Below are positions 28,828 to 39,372 of a DNA stretch of 55,941 bases, piece by piece; position 1 is the stretch's first letter, and every line of letters starts with the position of its first letter. This DNA is from Pseudomonadota bacterium (GTDB lineage: Bacteria > Bdellovibrionota > Bdellovibrionia > Bdellovibrionales > Bdellovibrionaceae). The notes under the pieces were generated by a model. The model did no database searches and was not told the DNA's origin. It saw only the letters and a program-made list of their open reading frames with translations. The stretch lies in assembly GCA_041178425.1 (NCBI GenBank), contig JBEGVH010000011.1, positions 1 to 55,941 on the forward strand, read 5' to 3'. The translations under genes were made by a program, and so were the position numbers.

Positions 28828-31029
28828 TTAAATTGTTTCTAGCGAAAGAGCGGCCTTGAGCCGCTCTTTTAGTTTGGTCCAGCGCTTGTGTTTAGCAGTA
28901 CTTTGAAGCGCGATTGTGAGCGCTTTCTTTTGTCCGACTAAAATGACTAATTTTTTTCCGCGGGTGATGCCCGTGTAGACCAAATTCTTTTGTAGCATCA
29001 CATAGTGTTGGGTAACTAGTGGGATGATCACCACGGGGTACTCAGAGCCTTGCGACTTATGAATTGTAATTGTGTAAGCGGGCTGCAGAATATCTAAATC
29101 AGAAAATTCAAATTCTACAATGCGATCATCAATAGAAACCCGGGCGATTTGTTCTTCTTGATCGATGGTACTAATAAAGCCAATGTCGCCGTTGAAGACC
29201 TCTTTTTCGTAGTCATTTTCGGTAACAATTACTTTATCGCCAACGCCATACGTATAGCCAAAGCGTTCTATCTTAGCAATGGGTTGGCCATTGAGTGCCT
29301 TTTGAAGCTCAAAGTTTAAATTACGAGCTCCTGCAGAGCCTTTTTGCATAGGGCTTAAAATCTGAATATCGCGAAGTGGGTCGTAGTTGTAAGTTTTTGG
29401 AAGCCTTTGGCTGACCAACTGTATGATAGTAGCCGCTGTTTCTTCGGGCGAGTTTTTTTCTAAAAAGAAAAAATCGCCGTGCCGATTCGGCTTGAGATCG
29501 GGCATCTCACCAGAATTGATTTTATGAGCCACTTGAATAATTTGGCTCTCGGCTGCTTGCCGAAAAATTTGAGATAATTTCACCACCGGTATGGTTTCTG
29601 AATAAATGATATCGGAGAGAAATTGCCCGGGGCCAACAGACGGTAGCTGGTCGATATCGCCCACAATTACGAGGGCCGCGTGCGGTGGAATCGCTTTTAA
29701 AAGAGACTGAGCCAGTTGAATATCGACCATCGAGGCTTCGTCGATCAGAACAAAGTCTGTTTCAAGATAGTTGTACTGATTAAACTTGAACTCTCGCTTG
29801 CTTGGATCAAACGACAAAGTTCTATGGATCGTCTTCGCTTCGCGGCTAGTGCATTCACTCAATCGTTTAGAAGCCCTTCCGGTCGGTGAGCAAAGAGTCA
29901 TGCGCACACCGTGAGAATCTAAATAGTGAATGAGGGCTTTGGTGAGAGTGCTCTTGCCTGTGCCTGGTCCACCAGTGATTACACAAACCTTGTTGAGAAG
30001 GGCTGTGTGAATGGCAAGTTTTTGTAGTGGTGCTAGAGAAAGTTTTAAGGATTTCTCAGTCGCAATCAGAGTTTGATCAATGTCGGTGGGGTAAGGCCAA
30101 GGCGTAGGGCCTTTTCTTAATTCCAAGAGGAGTTCGGCAACCTCTTGCTCGATACGATGAAGGGCGCGAGGGTAAATACACCGAAAGCTCTCAATGGTTT
30201 CTTCAACTAGGTGCCCAGCTTTGATCTCTTCATTGATTGCCTCCGTGAGAATGGGGCCATCAATGCCGAGTAACTCCTCGGTTTCATGTAAGAGTTGATC
30301 ATAGGGGTAGGCGCAGTGGCCGTTATTAATTCTTTCGTAGAGAACATACGATAAGCCAGCGCAGGCGCGAAGCATTGATTTTTTATCAATTCCCAAATGA
30401 GTAGCAATCACGTCAGCCGATTTAAAGCCTACGCCGCTAATATCACGCGCGAGTTGATAGGGATTGGCGCGCACCTTTTCGATGGCGTCTTCACCATATG
30501 TTTTATAAATTTTTACGGCCTTGGAGGTTGAAACTCCATGTGATTGCAGAAACACCATGATGTCGCGAACGGTGCAGCTTTCCTTCCAGGCAGCAGTGAC
30601 CGCGGCCAATCGTTTCTCTCCAAACTTTTCAATTTCGAGAAGTCGCCGTGGTTCTTTTTCGATGATTTCAAAAACCTTATCACCAAAGGCAAAAACGAGT
30701 TTACTGGCAAAATGGGGACCGATACCCTTGATGGCCCCAGAGCATAGATATTTCTCGATTCCTTCGATGGTGTTGGGTGGTACGAGCTTGATCGCTTTGG
30801 CTTTTAATTGTTGCCCGTAATCTTTGTTATGAACCCACTCGCCCCAACCCGTGAGATGCTCGCCTGGGCTCACAGAGCTTGCATGGCCAACGACCGTGAT
30901 AAGCTCAATAAAGCCCTTGGCCTTTACTTTGAGAACAGTAAAGCCGGTTTCTTCGCTATGAAAATTGACCCGTTCAACAATGCCTTCAATTTTTACGAGG
31001 CTCGCATCCTGGGTCCCAATATTATCCAT
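28828..31029 (-). CDS. recD2: RecD2-like ATP-dependent DNA helicase
   Basis: HhH IKGIG, GGPGTGKS, DEASM, GDIDQL, TIHKSQGSEY. Confidence 0.93.
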   Translation of the reverse strand: MDNIGTQDASLVKIEGIVERVNFHSEETGFTVLKVKAKGFIELITVVGHASSVSPGEHLTGWGEWVHNKDYGQQLKAKAIKLVPPNTIEGIEKYLCSGAIKGIGPHFASKLVFAFGDKVFEIIEKEPRRLLEIEKFGEKRLAAVTAAWKESCTVRDIMVFLQSHGVSTSKAVKIYKTYGEDAIEKVRANPYQLARDISGVGFKSADVIATHLGIDKKSMLRACAGLSYVLYERINNGHCAYPYDQLLHETEELLGIDGPILTEAINEEIKAGHLVEETIESFRCIYPRALHRIEQEVAELLLELRKGPTPWPYPTDIDQTLIATEKSLKLSLAPLQKLAIHTALLNKVCVITGGPGTGKSTLTKALIHYLDSHGVRMTLCSPTGRASKRLSECTSREAKTIHRTLSFDPSKREFKFNQYNYLETDFVLIDEASMVDIQLAQSLLKAIPPHAALVIVGDIDQLPSVGPGQFLSDIIYSETIPVVKLSQIFRQAAESQIIQVAHKINSGEMPDLKPNRHGDFFFLEKNSPEETAATIIQLVSQRLPKTYNYDPLRDIQILSPMQKGSAGARNLNFELQKALNGQPIAKIERFGYTYGVGDKVIVTENDYEKEVFNGDIGFISTIDQEEQIARVSIDDRIVEFEFSDLDILQPAYTITIHKSQGSEYPVVIIPLVTQHYVMLQKNLVYTGITRGKKLVILVGQKKALTIALQSTAKHKRWTKLKERLKAALSLETI

Positions 31030-31038
31030 AAATGACCG

Positions 31039-32268
31039 CTATTTTTTTGAGAGCAAATCTTTAGCAATGATCTTACCTAGTTCAACACCAGGTTGATTAA
31101 AGGTATTGATATCTAAGCGCTCACCGATAGTTGCAACCACGAGTTCAAAATACATAAAAAGAAAACCGAGTTCTTTTTCGGTAATCGTTGGTATCATCAT
31201 TGTAAGATTTGAAACATTTTTTTGACTCAAACCCATTTGAGTCGCGATCGCTTCTGCTTTTAACAAATCACCCAACTTTTTATTGAGCATAAGATCACCA
31301 CAAGAAAAGAGAGTTTCTTTTACAACTAATCCCGAAGATTCAGAAGCTTCATGACGAAGAAAAACCACAAACTTATCTTTTGCGCCATCGGCGATTTGTT
31401 GCAAGATCGAGTGTTGGTCTGTTGGGCCAACACAAGGAAGTGGCGTGCTAGCACGGGCTGCGGGTTTACCATTGCGGTCTTCAGCCTTGGCTAGAGATTC
31501 AGCCCATAGTTGTTGAATCCAAAATCCAAACTCTTTGAGTGAATCAGAGTAAGACCAAAAAACAGTAATCCACTCATTTCGAGCAAAGCTTTGCTCGCTT
31601 TGTGTGGCTAATTCCGCGATGAGTTCAGAGGCGTGAAGAGCCGCTTCGGCGCCGTCTTTAATCTTTTGAATATCGAGGCCCATAAATGCCGCAGGCAACA
31701 TTCCCACCGGAGTTAATACAGAAAAACGCCCGCCTACATCTAGTGGAACTTCGAGGCGTGGAATATTGTGAGCGTCTGCAAAGTCAGCGAGAGGGCTCTT
31801 TTTGGGTTCAGTGATTACGATGCAGTGATCGGTCCACTTGAGACCGTGAGCTTTGTAAAATTGGTTAACGTAGTCGCCTTGCGTGAGAGTTTCGATGGTG
31901 TTGCCGCTTTTTGAAATAAGCGCCCAGCAGATAGAGTGAAGTTCCGCTTTAAGATGATTTAATTGGGAGTCGATAGAAAGAGGATCGACGTTATCCCAGA
32001 AAATCACTTGTCGGTCGGTTTTTGACTTTAAGGACTCTTTGATCACGCGGCCGCCAAGTGAGCTTCCGCCAATACCCAAAACGATCATCGTTTTGTACTT
32101 TTGGCGGAGCTTTTGCCCAGCTTGTTCGCAAGAGGCCCACAAGGCTGGTCTTGCTGGTAGCTGATGAAAGCCTAAGGATTTATCTGCAAGGACAGAGTTA
32201 AGAGCTTTTAGGTTGTTATTAAAGAGAGACGCATCGGTTTTATGTAAATGTGAATTGAATTTAATCAT
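31039..32268 (-). CDS. pgi: Glucose-6-phosphate isomerase
   Basis: GIGGSSLG, SKSG, GGRFS, QLWAESLAK, DQHS, NQPGVELGK. Confidence 0.93.
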   Translation of the reverse strand: MIKFNSHLHKTDASLFNNNLKALNSVLADKSLGFHQLPARPALWASCEQAGQKLRQKYKTMIVLGIGGSSLGGRVIKESLKSKTDRQVIFWDNVDPLSIDSQLNHLKAELHSICWALISKSGNTIETLTQGDYVNQFYKAHGLKWTDHCIVITEPKKSPLADFADAHNIPRLEVPLDVGGRFSVLTPVGMLPAAFMGLDIQKIKDGAEAALHASELIAELATQSEQSFARNEWITVFWSYSDSLKEFGFWIQQLWAESLAKAEDRNGKPAARASTPLPCVGPTDQHSILQQIADGAKDKFVVFLRHEASESSGLVVKETLFSCGDLMLNKKLGDLLKAEAIATQMGLSQKNVSNLTMMIPTITEKELGFLFMYFELVVATIGERLDINTFNQPGVELGKIIAKDLLSKK

Positions 32269-32426
32269 TCGCCCAAAATAAAAACCATGACCCCAAAAGT
32301 CAAGGTGGGGGCTCATGACGGAAGGAATTTACCCACTTGAGGGCGCTGTGCTACAAAGGGGGTCTTTGATTCATGGGGCTCCGTTGGCGGGGCTCGGGCA
32401 TAGACGAGCTAAAGGAGAAAACTAAA

Positions 32427-32999
32427 ATGAATTTTAATAAACAAAAGTTCTTCATTGCCTTGGTTTGCACTGCTCTAGGCTGGGGTGTCGGTTATGAAAT
32501 GGGAAAGAAAAAAGCCGAGGCCGATTTCGCTCGGCAAGAACGCTCCCTTGGAGGCTTGGGTGTGTTTAGTGATCCCTTTTGGAATCCTTGGGCACCGCCC
32601 GAGGCAGAAACAGAAACTACCCCTCCCTCACTGTTCGAACGGTTTTTTGGAAAGCGCCATAGCGAAGCGCCCTCGGAGCAAGAAGAGTCTTCGCAAGAGG
32701 AGGGGCCATTTTCGATTTTTAGCCATCGGCTAGGGCAGCCTCAAGTGGACACTCGTGAAGATGAAAATAATGTTTACATGGATATTGATCTTGAATCCTT
32801 CGACAAAAATTCGCTGAGTGCACGAGTAGAAAATGGCCAGGTCGTTATCGAGGGAAACCAAAAAACTGAGCAGGGCGGCAGCTCGATGAGTTCTCATTTT
32901 TATCAGGCGTTTCCTGCGCCTATGGGCACCGACGCATCGAAAGTAGATATGAGTCATGAGAACAATAAATTGATTTTAAAGTTTCCTAAAATTAAATAA
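32427..32999 (+). CDS. N-terminally anchored Hsp20/alpha-crystallin-like protein
   Basis: Hydrophobic N-terminus; PQVDTREDENNVYMDIDL...VENGQVVIEG...FYQAFPAP...ENNKLILKFPK. Confidence 0.65.
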   Translation: MNFNKQKFFIALVCTALGWGVGYEMGKKKAEADFARQERSLGGLGVFSDPFWNPWAPPEAETETTPPSLFERFFGKRHSEAPSEQEESSQEEGPFSIFSHRLGQPQVDTREDENNVYMDIDLESFDKNSLSARVENGQVVIEGNQKTEQGGSSMSSHFYQAFPAPMGTDASKVDMSHENNKLILKFPKIK

Positions 33000-33749
33000 A
33001 TGCCTATGTCAAAGTCTACCAACGAAACGTTTTTTGTTAGTCAGAATCAAGAAGGCTCCGTCAAATTAGAGCCCTCTTGGAAGTCCGTTCTTTCTCATGA
33101 ATTTTCAAAACCGTATATGGCGTCGCTAAAAGCTTTTCTCACCGATGAAAAAAAAGCCGGTAAGGTCATTTTTCCTCGAGGAGAAGAATACTTTGCGGCT
33201 CTCGATAAAACGTCGTTTGACGATGTGAAAGTGGTGATCATCGGGCAAGATCCTTATCACGGCCCAGGCCAAGCCCATGGGCTTTGTTTTTCGGTAAAGC
33301 CAGGGATTGGAATTCCCCCATCGCTCGTAAACATCTACAAAGAGTTGCAAAGTGATTTAGGGATTGCTCCTCCTAAGCATGGTTATTTAATGGATTGGGC
33401 CAAGCAGGGAGTGTTACTGCTCAATGCCGTATTGACCGTTCAAGCCGGAATGGCCGCCTCTCATCAGGGGCGAGGTTGGGAAGAGTTCACCGATGCCATT
33501 GTAAGAGCACTCAACGAAAAGCGCGAGGGCTTGGTTTTTGTGTTGTGGGGAAGTTACGCTCAGAAGAAGGGCGCAGTCATTGATCGAAGCAAGCACCTTG
33601 TGATTGAAGGGCCTCACCCTTCACCCTTGTCGGCATATCGTGGTTTTTTTGGATCGAAACCCTTTTCAAAAATAAATTCCTATCTCAAATCAAAAGGTAA
33701 AACCGAAATCGATTGGCAGATCAAACCACTTTCGGATTCGGATTTGTAA
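33000..33749 (+). CDS. ung: Uracil-DNA glycosylase (family 1)
   Basis: GQDPYH, GVLLLN, HPSPLS. Confidence 0.97.
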   Translation: MPMSKSTNETFFVSQNQEGSVKLEPSWKSVLSHEFSKPYMASLKAFLTDEKKAGKVIFPRGEEYFAALDKTSFDDVKVVIIGQDPYHGPGQAHGLCFSVKPGIGIPPSLVNIYKELQSDLGIAPPKHGYLMDWAKQGVLLLNAVLTVQAGMAASHQGRGWEEFTDAIVRALNEKREGLVFVLWGSYAQKKGAVIDRSKHLVIEGPHPSPLSAYRGFFGSKPFSKINSYLKSKGKTEIDWQIKPLSDSDL

Positions 33750-33818
33750 CCGCTCCCCCCAGTTTGAACTTGCCAAGGTCCCTGGCCACTCGCTGGAGTG
33801 GGTGAACTCGGTGTGTGC

Positions 33819-36800
33819 TTAATAAAACTGAATCACGACGCGCCCGTCCCCAGCAGCACCGCTTCCGCATGAGCTTGTTGTTCCAGTGCCACCAGCGGCA
33901 GTTGCGCCTCCATAATCTGCGTCACTTGTGCCTGGCGCAGTCGCTGATAAAGATGACGTATTGTTAGTTACTAATGTTGCGCTAACGTTAACATAATTGG
34001 ATCCGCCCCCACCGCCTCCGCCGCAGCCGTTCCATCCCGGCCAACTTTGACTGAAATAACCGCCTCCAGCTCCCGCATAATATCCAGCGCCCCCTCCACC
34101 TGCGCCACCGTATCCATACGAGGTATCTCGCGTTGCCCGGCCGCCAGAGCCATATCCAATACCGCCAGTGCCCACTGGGGCCGTTCCACTTACTGTTTGC
34201 CCTCCATCGCCACCGCGTGCATTACCTGGACCTCCAGTGCCTGCATTGCTGTACCAGTTACTCCAAATATTCTGTTGAGATGCTCCATTGGCAGTCGCGG
34301 AGGCGCCAGCCCCAGAGTAGGCACCAGCACCACCAGCACTACATGATCCAGCTGCACCTGATGATCCGGCACCACCACCGCCATAGCCACTGCCGCAATA
34401 ATTCGAATTGGATCCGCCACCACCGCCGCCGCCTCCTCCACCCGCAACAGCATAAAGGGTAGTACCAATAAAAACAGCAGATGATCCGCCCCCGCCACCG
34501 CCGGTGTAGGTAGTAGAATATTCACAGCCATGGGAACCTTTACCGCCCACATAGATACTAATCGCAGCCGTTACCTGCCCAATAGGAACGTCAAAAATAA
34601 CATGTCCACCATGCCCACCATTTGCGCCAGCATACGTGCCACCGGAGCCTCCACCGCCTCCACCGCCCCAGAGTTTGATGCGAGCAATAGCGCCCGTGGG
34701 ATAAAAACTAATTTGCTGTGCATTGGAGCTTGCTAAGGTAAAAATCGAGGATCTTCCAATATTCTCTGGAACGGAGTTGAAGGCGCTCATCGGTGTGACC
34801 ACGTTTTGCGGAACCGGAAGGAGGGCGCGCCTTAGGGTCGCGAGATTTTGCCCACGATCGTTGGTGTCTGCGTATCCGAGTTGGCCCGCGGAGTTGTCGC
34901 CCCAGCATTTGAGTTGAAAAGGCACTTGGCGAGCATTTTCCCATCCAATGGCGCAGCGATGCTGCCCGCGTTTGGCACCTTTTGCGATGAAGATTCTAAA
35001 ATCTTCCCCTAGCAAAGTAGGTTGTGGAAGACGTGCATTGGTGGTTGATCCAATTGCAAGTTCGCCCTTGGAATTGCGCCCCCAGCAGCGGAATTTATCG
35101 TCTGTCATCACGGCACACGAAGAGTCTTCTCCGAGGCTGAGGGTTTTTGCATTGCCCGCGCCTCCCAGAGCGATCGTTTGTGGTGTTGTAAAAGACGTAG
35201 TGACTGAGTCATTGCCTACTTGCCCGTATTGATTATCACCCCAGCACTGAACAGCTCCGCCGGTAATAACAGCGCATGAGTGGTGGCGGCCCAGAGACAC
35301 CGCAAGGGCGGCACCTCCGATAGCAATGGTAGTAGGAGCGGTTTTGGCCGTTGTAGTGTTATCACCGACCTGCCCAAAGTTATTAGCGCCCCAACAAGAG
35401 AGAGCTCCTGAATCATTGATCACGCAGGCGTGTCCAGCGCCGGCATAAATGCTCGAGGGAGTTCCCGAGGGGATTGCTAAGCTTACGGCAGAAGCAGGGC
35501 CGACATAAGTGCCCGGACCCGTTTCTCCCAAAATGCCCGCGATGTTCCAGCCGAAACATTTAACTGCATCATCGGAAGTGATGCCGCAGAGAAAATTTTC
35601 GCCGGCGGCAATTTGTTTATATCCGCTGAGATGCGGGGAGCTCAGGTTTGGAACAGTATAAGTAAAAGTTGTTTGCCCTGGTCGCGCCGTGTGCCAGGCA
35701 TCATTACCCCAACAGTAAACGTTGTTATCATTTTTTGCGAGGACACATATAAAACCATTGCCGGCCTCGAGCTGCTTCACACCACCCTTGGCGCTAAAGT
35801 CATGATATTTTGTTGGATACTTGAGGCTCGATTGGGCCTGATGGCCCCAGCAAATAACTTCGTTCTGACTTCTCGATACGCCACAACTGTAGTTTTTATC
35901 GAGAGCCAGGCCCTCATAATAAGAATAATTATTACCCCAAGAGTCGGGGAGGCTCGCCATTGTATTTGCATTTTGCCCCCAAGAGGCGATATTGCTGGCA
36001 GAGTGATTGTGACCAAGTTGACCGTAGTCGTTCCGCCCCCAGCAACGAATTTTATTAATATCAATAATCACACAGGAGTGATCTTCACCTGAGCTAATAT
36101 CGGTAGCGAGCACTGAGTTGCCTAAAACTAGAGTGGGTAAGTTATTACCCATTTCGTCGGCCCCATCGCCACGGTGGCTGCTAGTGCTTGCCGAAAGCCC
36201 GAGTTGGCCGTACTGATTAGAGCCCCAGCATTTTACGGACCCAGTGGCAAGGAGTACGCAAGAATGCACTCGTCCGAGAGCTAACTTTTTAGGAACGCCG
36301 CTTAAACCCAGTTGCACAATAGGAAGTGCATCACCCATCTGTGAGGGGCTAGTTCCCCTCTGAAGAGCATCGCCAATGCCTAGTTGGCCATAGTCGTTCC
36401 GACCCCAACATTTTACCACCGGATCGGCCGACGTAGGGATCGTAATGATAGCGCAAGTGTGGTCGACCCCTGCACCCACGGACAAAACCGTCGCTCCCGA
36501 ATGCGCGCTCACAGGCGCTAATCCGGTACCCATTTCGCCAGTGTTGTCGCCCATGTCGGCCGTTGAGCCAATACCGAGCTGGCCGAAAATATTTCGTCCC
36601 CAACATTTGAGTTGCCCTCCTTGGAGAACGGCGCAGTTGTGATTGGCTCCGCTCGCAAGATCAACAACGGTTTGGCCAACGCCAAAAGAGATGTTTAACA
36701 AGTTATCGCCCATGGTGGCGGCGCTCGTACCTCGATGCACGTTATCTTCTTGCCCTAGTTGTCCGTAGTTATTCCGCCCCCAGCACTTCACATTGCCATC

Positions 36801-38720
36801 TTGCAAGAGAGCGCAAGTGTGGTAGGCCCCCGCCGCTATCTTTGTGGCCGTTTTGCCAGTGCCGAGATTCACGTAAGTATAAGTCTCGGTGGCAAGATCA
36901 GTGTTGGTGCCACCAACCGTTTCGTTGTTATCGCTTCGACCGAGTTGCCCGTAGGAGTTATCGCCCCAGCAAATCACCTTGCCATCGGCCATAAGAGCGC
37001 AAGTGTGTTCGGCTCCACCCACGATTTGAGTTGCAAAGTGTCCATAGGGTGTCCAGGAAAGGGTTTCGATATCTTTATTGGACACCCCGTAGTTAGTAGT
37101 ATTGCCAACACCCAGTTGGCCTTTGCCATTGAGACCAAAACACTTAGTCGACATATCGGTCAGGGTCACGCAGGTGTGATGAGAGCCAGCCGCTACCGCT
37201 AACGGATTCAGGCTGCTATTAGCTTGGCCCGAGAGAGGTAGATTGGCTTCCATGTTGTTGGTTCCCACGGTGTACCTAATTTTTAAATTGTCGGTGAACG
37301 ATGTCTCACTGGTGGGTTGAAAACGCACAACAATAGAACATTGCTGGTTCGGGAGAAGAACAGAACCATTGGAACATGTTCCGCCAAGCCCAGGAAAACT
37401 TCCTCCTCTAAAAGAAAAAGAATTAGAAATACTTGGGGTAAAAAGATTGACGGCATTCGCTTGGGTTAATCCAACATTTTGCAAAATGATGGTTCGATCA
37501 GAGATCGTGCCTTTTTCGCGATAAATGAAGTTTTGCCAGATAGAACCAGCAGAGGAATTCATGGTGAGGTTTAGTCGACCCGACGATTGCACCTGAACCG
37601 CGAAGCTGCCATAGATTAAGTTGTCACTATAGGCCTGCAAACTAACGCTTTCGGCTTGGGTGTCTTTGAAATAGAAATTTTTTACACTTTGGCCAGATTG
37701 AAAGGTGAGAGCTGTAATTTGGTTTGCACAGGCCGAGTCAGAAAAGAATAAGCCATTGCCTGCCCCGTTAGTAAGGGTGACGACCTCGGTGTTTTGAACT
37801 GGAACAACGGCACCGTTGGAGTCCGCCGAGGCCACAGAGTATTGGCCTCCACAGGATCCCGTCAGAACTTGTGATGGACCGCTAACAAGCAGTTGAATGG
37901 GAACGTAGGTCGGGCCCGCTTCGCCGTTAGCACCTAAATTACTATTAGATGAAATGATATCAACCATTTTGTAAGAAGAAGAAACTTCAGTGTCTGAATC
38001 AGCTCTTAAAATCACTTTCTCAACGGCAGCGTTTTTGTAATAAAAAACGCCAAAGCTCGAGAGTGCCGGAATTTTTATGGAGCTTATGGTTGATCCTGTG
38101 CAGCTCGAATTCGAATAGAGCGCTCCAAAACTGTTTCCCGAAAGGTTTACCGTCAACTCACTAGACGCTTTAACAGATAAACCATCCATATTTTGTAAAT
38201 TAATAATATAGGGTTCACAAGAACCAATCATTATCGATTGTTTGCCGGTAAAAGAAACCTGAAGGGCCATCGCAGACACTTGGGTGATTTTGAGCGGATA
38301 AAAAATAGAAGCTATGGGCGAACTACTAGAAACTCCAATCACGCCGTTAGACGCATGCAGAGCCTTGATGTAGAAGAGAACAGCCCCTTCCGTTTTTGGA
38401 ATGAGTATACTGTTGAGCCCAACATCAGCACAATTCGCATTAGCGTGAAACGAGAACGACCCCTTGCCATCGAGATTAACTTGGAGGTCTTCGGAGTATT
38501 TGATGGCGGTGCTATTGCCATTAACAACCGAAAGCGAAGCCGGTTGACAATCGGCTTGAGGCATTGAGCTGACTGTATCAATTTTAAACTGAAAATCTTG
38601 TGGTTTGACCGCGGTATCTAATTTAGACGATTCGCTGGTGGTCAAAACGCCGCAGGCACTGAGAAAAATCAGTAAGTAAAAACGGAATAAAAATGCCCCA
38701 GTAATCCGAAAAAAAGACAC
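33819..38720 (-). CDS. Giant lipoprotein: 3 Cys-pair repeats, Ig/ASH-like domain, RCC1 repeats, Gly-rich C-terminal domain
   Basis: Lipobox FLSAC; many GxxHTC...CWGxNxYGQLG repeats; IKLWGGGGGGG...GDGRVVIQF. Confidence 0.85.
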   Translation of the reverse strand: MSFFRITGAFLFRFYLLIFLSACGVLTTSESSKLDTAVKPQDFQFKIDTVSSMPQADCQPASLSVVNGNSTAIKYSEDLQVNLDGKGSFSFHANANCADVGLNSILIPKTEGAVLFYIKALHASNGVIGVSSSSPIASIFYPLKITQVSAMALQVSFTGKQSIMIGSCEPYIINLQNMDGLSVKASSELTVNLSGNSFGALYSNSSCTGSTISSIKIPALSSFGVFYYKNAAVEKVILRADSDTEVSSSYKMVDIISSNSNLGANGEAGPTYVPIQLLVSGPSQVLTGSCGGQYSVASADSNGAVVPVQNTEVVTLTNGAGNGLFFSDSACANQITALTFQSGQSVKNFYFKDTQAESVSLQAYSDNLIYGSFAVQVQSSGRLNLTMNSSAGSIWQNFIYREKGTISDRTIILQNVGLTQANAVNLFTPSISNSFSFRGGSFPGLGGTCSNGSVLLPNQQCSIVVRFQPTSETSFTDNLKIRYTVGTNNMEANLPLSGQANSSLNPLAVAAGSHHTCVTLTDMSTKCFGLNGKGQLGVGNTTNYGVSNKDIETLSWTPYGHFATQIVGGAEHTCALMADGKVICWGDNSYGQLGRSDNNETVGGTNTDLATETYTYVNLGTGKTATKIAAGAYHTCALLQDGNVKCWGRNNYGQLGQEDNVHRGTSAATMGDNLLNISFGVGQTVVDLASGANHNCAVLQGGQLKCWGRNIFGQLGIGSTADMGDNTGEMGTGLAPVSAHSGATVLSVGAGVDHTCAIITIPTSADPVVKCWGRNDYGQLGIGDALQRGTSPSQMGDALPIVQLGLSGVPKKLALGRVHSCVLLATGSVKCWGSNQYGQLGLSASTSSHRGDGADEMGNNLPTLVLGNSVLATDISSGEDHSCVIIDINKIRCWGRNDYGQLGHNHSASNIASWGQNANTMASLPDSWGNNYSYYEGLALDKNYSCGVSRSQNEVICWGHQAQSSLKYPTKYHDFSAKGGVKQLEAGNGFICVLAKNDNNVYCWGNDAWHTARPGQTTFTYTVPNLSSPHLSGYKQIAAGENFLCGITSDDAVKCFGWNIAGILGETGPGTYVGPASAVSLAIPSGTPSSIYAGAGHACVINDSGALSCWGANNFGQVGDNTTTAKTAPTTIAIGGAALAVSLGRHHSCAVITGGAVQCWGDNQYGQVGNDSVTTSFTTPQTIALGGAGNAKTLSLGEDSSCAVMTDDKFRCWGRNSKGELAIGSTTNARLPQPTLLGEDFRIFIAKGAKRGQHRCAIGWENARQVPFQLKCWGDNSAGQLGYADTNDRGQNLATLRRALLPVPQNVVTPMSAFNSVPENIGRSSIFTLASSNAQQISFYPTGAIARIKLWGGGGGGGSGGTYAGANGGHGGHVIFDVPIGQVTAAISIYVGGKGSHGCEYSTTYTGGGGGGSSAVFIGTTLYAVAGGGGGGGGGGSNSNYCGSGYGGGGAGSSGAAGSCSAGGAGAYSGAGASATANGASQQNIWSNWYSNAGTGGPGNARGGDGGQTVSGTAPVGTGGIGYGSGGRATRDTSYGYGGAGGGGAGYYAGAGGGYFSQSWPGWNGCGGGGGGGSNYVNVSATLVTNNTSSLSATAPGTSDADYGGATAAGGTGTTSSCGSGAAGDGRVVIQFY

Positions 38721-38923
38721 CTAGTTCTCCCGAGCCTCAAAGTTGCTCCTAAACCTTTTCGGACGAATAGGTGTTTAATTTTATAGTGTAATGAGAAATT
38801 TAAATCTCAGTTAAAGACGCGATAAGAAAAACTTTCACGAATTAGAGGACGAACCGTCTCTCAATGATTCGAAAATTAAAGGTGTGTTTCAGGATGTAAC
38901 GAAATCGCAAAAACAGAGCTCAA

Positions 38924-39361
38924 CTAAGCTTCTATTTCAAAATTGAAGCTTTTAGCTGTGTTGACCGAATTTAAAATCATACAGCTTTGAGATGTCTTTT
39001 CTAGTAAGCGCTTTGCATTCTCTGGTTGTTGAACGCCCGTCATATTAACGTCAAAGTGAATCCTTGCCATCCAAGGTGCCCCCTTTTCATTTCGATCCAC
39101 TTCGAGTGATGCCTTAACGTTCAGTTCGTTAAAAGTTAGTCGCGATTTCTCCGCGAAAACTTTAAAGGTTGCGATGAAGCAATTTTGTAAGGCAAAGGCA
39201 TAGAGGTCTTCGGGACTGAGTCCTCCGCCCGGACCGTCAAATTCTGGGGGTATCGCGAGTTTAATAGAAATATTTTCGACCGATGTAGAGGCGGTCCATG
39301 GCGTTTGGATTCCTGACGCTGTTTCAGCAGTAACTTGAAAGCGAAGTGGATATTGTTTCAT
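38924..39361 (-). CDS. OsmC/Ohr family protein
   Basis: PPEFDGPGGGLSPEDL...NCF...SCMILNSV. Confidence 0.88.
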   Translation of the reverse strand: MKQYPLRFQVTAETASGIQTPWTASTSVENISIKLAIPPEFDGPGGGLSPEDLYAFALQNCFIATFKVFAEKSRLTFNELNVKASLEVDRNEKGAPWMARIHFDVNMTGVQQPENAKRLLEKTSQSCMILNSVNTAKSFNFEIEA

Positions 39362-39372
39362 TTTGTGTTCCT

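Noticed and set aside
33971..38581. Many overlapping short ORFs within the RCC1 gene
   Set aside because: Alternate-frame artefacts of Gly-rich repetitive coding sequence
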